A stretch of 64,000 nucleotides of DNA from Octopus vulgaris (lineage: Eukaryota). The position numbers and the translations under genes were made by a program. Below are positions 61,271-64,000 of the stretch, piece by piece (position 1 is the stretch's first letter; each line of letters begins with the position of its first letter). The stretch is from positions 43,772,001 through 43,836,000 of the forward strand of contig OX597827.1 in NCBI GenBank assembly GCA_951406725.2. Reading direction: 5' to 3'. The notes below the pieces were generated by a model. That model was not told the origin of the DNA. It searched no databases and worked only from the letters and a program-made list of their open reading frames with translations.

Positions 61271-62656
61271 GAATATGTACAGAGAGAGAGATGGATGGAT
61301 GAGAAGAAACTCGAGATTTGGTTGCAATTACGGTTTTTATTAGATCGTAAATTACATATTCTTCACACGTGTTTCACTAATGTGCATTAGTATGCTTACG
61401 CAACCCATGGGACTTTAAATCATTAGTAGAGAGTAAGTCTGTCCTCGTTGCATATGGCAAGTCTTGGACATATATTTGGATCTGGTGAAAGCCGTCGCTT
61501 TTTCTCAACTGCTTTCAGCCGATTCTTTACAGAAGGAATGAAAGATATACAGATAAAAGAAGAATCCACTGCTGTACAGACCTTTGTCAAGAGAAAATGG
61601 AGAATTGCGTTAAACTGGCATCCTTTGCTCACGTATGGAAGTGACCGATTTGATGATGTCATGTTACATATCAGTTTGTTTGGCTGGGATAATTTATGGT
61701 AGGCTATAATCTCTAGGTAGCTGAGATACCACACTCTACAGAATGACAAATAACTGTTGCAAACATCTGCTCTCCCTTACAATGTGCAGTATCAAATGGA
61801 AAAAGCTAAAGCCGTTGAAATATCACATGCCGAGAAAGTGCTGCCAACATCCCATCTGCTTCGCCACATGGATCTGGAAGTTAAATAACTAATGTCTCTG
61901 ATAGCAAAAGTATACTTGTGATCTGAACTGATCAATGTAGATTTTTATACTCTCACCGAAAATACATTGTAAATGCTATTTTGAATTCTTTCCACTCCAC
62001 TCTCGAACATCTGATGATTTGCACGTGTCCAACGCCCACGAAACTTTAGTAATGTACAAACTACTATTAAATACGTGCAATTTCGACCAGCGCATACGCA
62101 CACGGGTGTGTATATATGTGCGTGCGATTGTGCAGCGCATGCGTGGAAACTGAAATGGCTGTAAGGAGAGATGCAATATTTAAAATCAATCTGTATCTTC
62201 AGATAAATGATAAGGAAAAACAAAAATTCTGAAAGAAAATGGTGTTGCCTGTACAATAAGCTATGATGATTTTAACCAATCAAATCACTCGCTTACGTAT
62301 ACTTACTTTTTTACTTTTAACTTGTTTCAGTCATTTGATTGTGACCATGCTGAAGCACCGCCTTTAGTCGAACAAATCGACCCCAGGACTTATTCTTTGT
62401 AAGCCTAGTACTTATTCTATCGGCCTCTTTTTGCCGAACCACTAAGTTATGAGGACGTAAACATACCAGCATCGGTTGTCAAGCGATGTTGTGGAGGACA
62501 AACACAGACACAAACATATACACACACATATATACTGCATATGTGAGAAAAATATTTCAATGAGTTACAAGCATTATTTGTATTTCTTCCTGCAACATAC
62601 CATTTCAGTCTCACAAAAATAGTAAAATATTCTGAAACCAAGTATTGTATTCCTTC

Positions 62657-62687
<31 letters not shown>

Positions 62688-63209
62688 TGATGTAAGCACC
62701 TGGGAACAATGTGCCCTTTGGGTTTTTATTTTTCTTAAAGAGTGTTATTTCAGAGAATTTTGCCATCTTTTCTATTTTATTGATCTATCACATAGTGACT
62801 CTCTCACTCGTTGAGCTGTTGCCACTGTCTAACTGCAGAGGTCAACCGTGACCAACTTTACCGACGATCAAAGATGCTTCAGCGGTGAACATGACTTCTT
62901 TTATTAAATACAGTTATCAAACGTGTTCTCCCATTTTTGGAGAACAATACTAAGACTAGGCTGTTTTTTCCAGCAGGACGAACAATCATGTAGCGGCTTC
63001 TCTCCTTGATTCGTGTACTTACAATCACTGCCTTTGACACTTATAATGTTACTTTTCATTAATATTAATATTAATATTGTGTCAAATATTCAGCCCAGAT
63101 CGACTTTGCCTTCTATCTTTTGGGGGGGTCGATAAAATAAATAACAGTTGAGCACTGGAGTCAGTGTAATCGACTTACCACTCCCACAAAGTTGCTGGCC
63201 TTATGAAAA

Positions 63210-63377
63210 ACAGGAGTGGCTGTGTGGTAAGTAGCTTGCCTACCAACCACATGGCTCTGTGTTCAGTCCCACTGCGTGGCACCTTGGGCAAGTGTCTTCT
63301 ACTATAGCCTCGGGCCAATCAAATCCTTGTGAGTGGATTTGGTAGACGGAAACTGAAAGAAGCTCGTCATATATATG

Positions 63378-63425
<48 letters not shown>

Positions 63426-63613
63426 TGTGTCTGTGTTGACAACCGATGCTGGTGCGTTTATGTCCCCGTAACTTAGCAGTTCGGCAAAAGAGATCGATAG
63501 AGTAAGAACTAGGCTTACAAATATAAGAATAAGTCCTGGCGTCGATTTCCTAGACTAAAGGCGGTGCTCCAGCATGGCCGCAGTCAAATGACTGAAACAA
63601 GTAAAAGAGTAAA
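63210..63613 (+). mobile_element. SINE family A, near full length (further partial copies near 22820, 38612, 50605, 56135, 56867, 62305, 63750, 63900)
   Basis: Homolog. Confidence 0.9.
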
Positions 63614-64000
63614 TATTAATTTTGTCACATGATTTAAGAAACGTGAAGAAGTAGCGTCGACGTTGATTACCCCCATTTTAATATTCTGAATCGTGTTCTT
63701 TTATCATCCCCCCCCCCCCACCATACGAATGGGTTCCTTCTATTAATACTATAGCCTTGTGAGTGAATTCGGTAGATGGAAACTGTGTGGAAATCTGTCA
63801 CGCGCGCGTATGTGTATGTCTTTGTGGTTATGTTTGCTCTTACCACCGCTTGACAAACGGTGTTCGGTTGCTTACATCTGTGTGACTTAGCGGTTTTTCT
63901 CTCTCTTTTTCTCTCTTTTACTTGTTTCGGCCATACTGGAGCACCGCCTTTAGTCTTCTTTGTTAGCCTAATACTTATTCTATCGGTCTCCTTTCCTGAG

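Noticed and set aside
61420-62270. Unique-looking island with short ORFs
   Set aside because: No recognisable motif or splice pattern; probably an old transposon remnant, but this cannot be supported from the sequence.

Overview
Repeat-dominated, essentially gene-free eukaryotic DNA. The extreme (TA)n/(CA)n/(GA)n/(GATA)n/(ATT)n/(GGT)n microsatellite load and the SINE families are most consistent with an octopus/coleoid cephalopod genome (inference). Almost all ORFs in the track are microsatellite artefacts. The recognisable protein-coding remnants are all transposon-derived: a 5'-truncated Penelope-like element (PLE; RT C-terminus plus GIY-YIG endonuclease, 42531-43544) with an inverted pseudo-LTR, a CR1/L2-type RT fragment, a Tc1 transposase remnant and a maT/DD37D-like transposase remnant. 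There are three tRNA-derived SINE families and an (ATT)n-associated repeat family. The main hidden signal is about a dozen hammerhead-ribozyme (HHR)-like motifs, read by eye on both strands. Most have minimal palindromic stem III and core variants (U3-A8, U4C, extra nucleotide after A9), and many sit in small fold-back 'mini-PLE' units embedded in (TA)n tracts. One has a long extended stem I (17243-17383). All folds are by eye; none were computed or tested.
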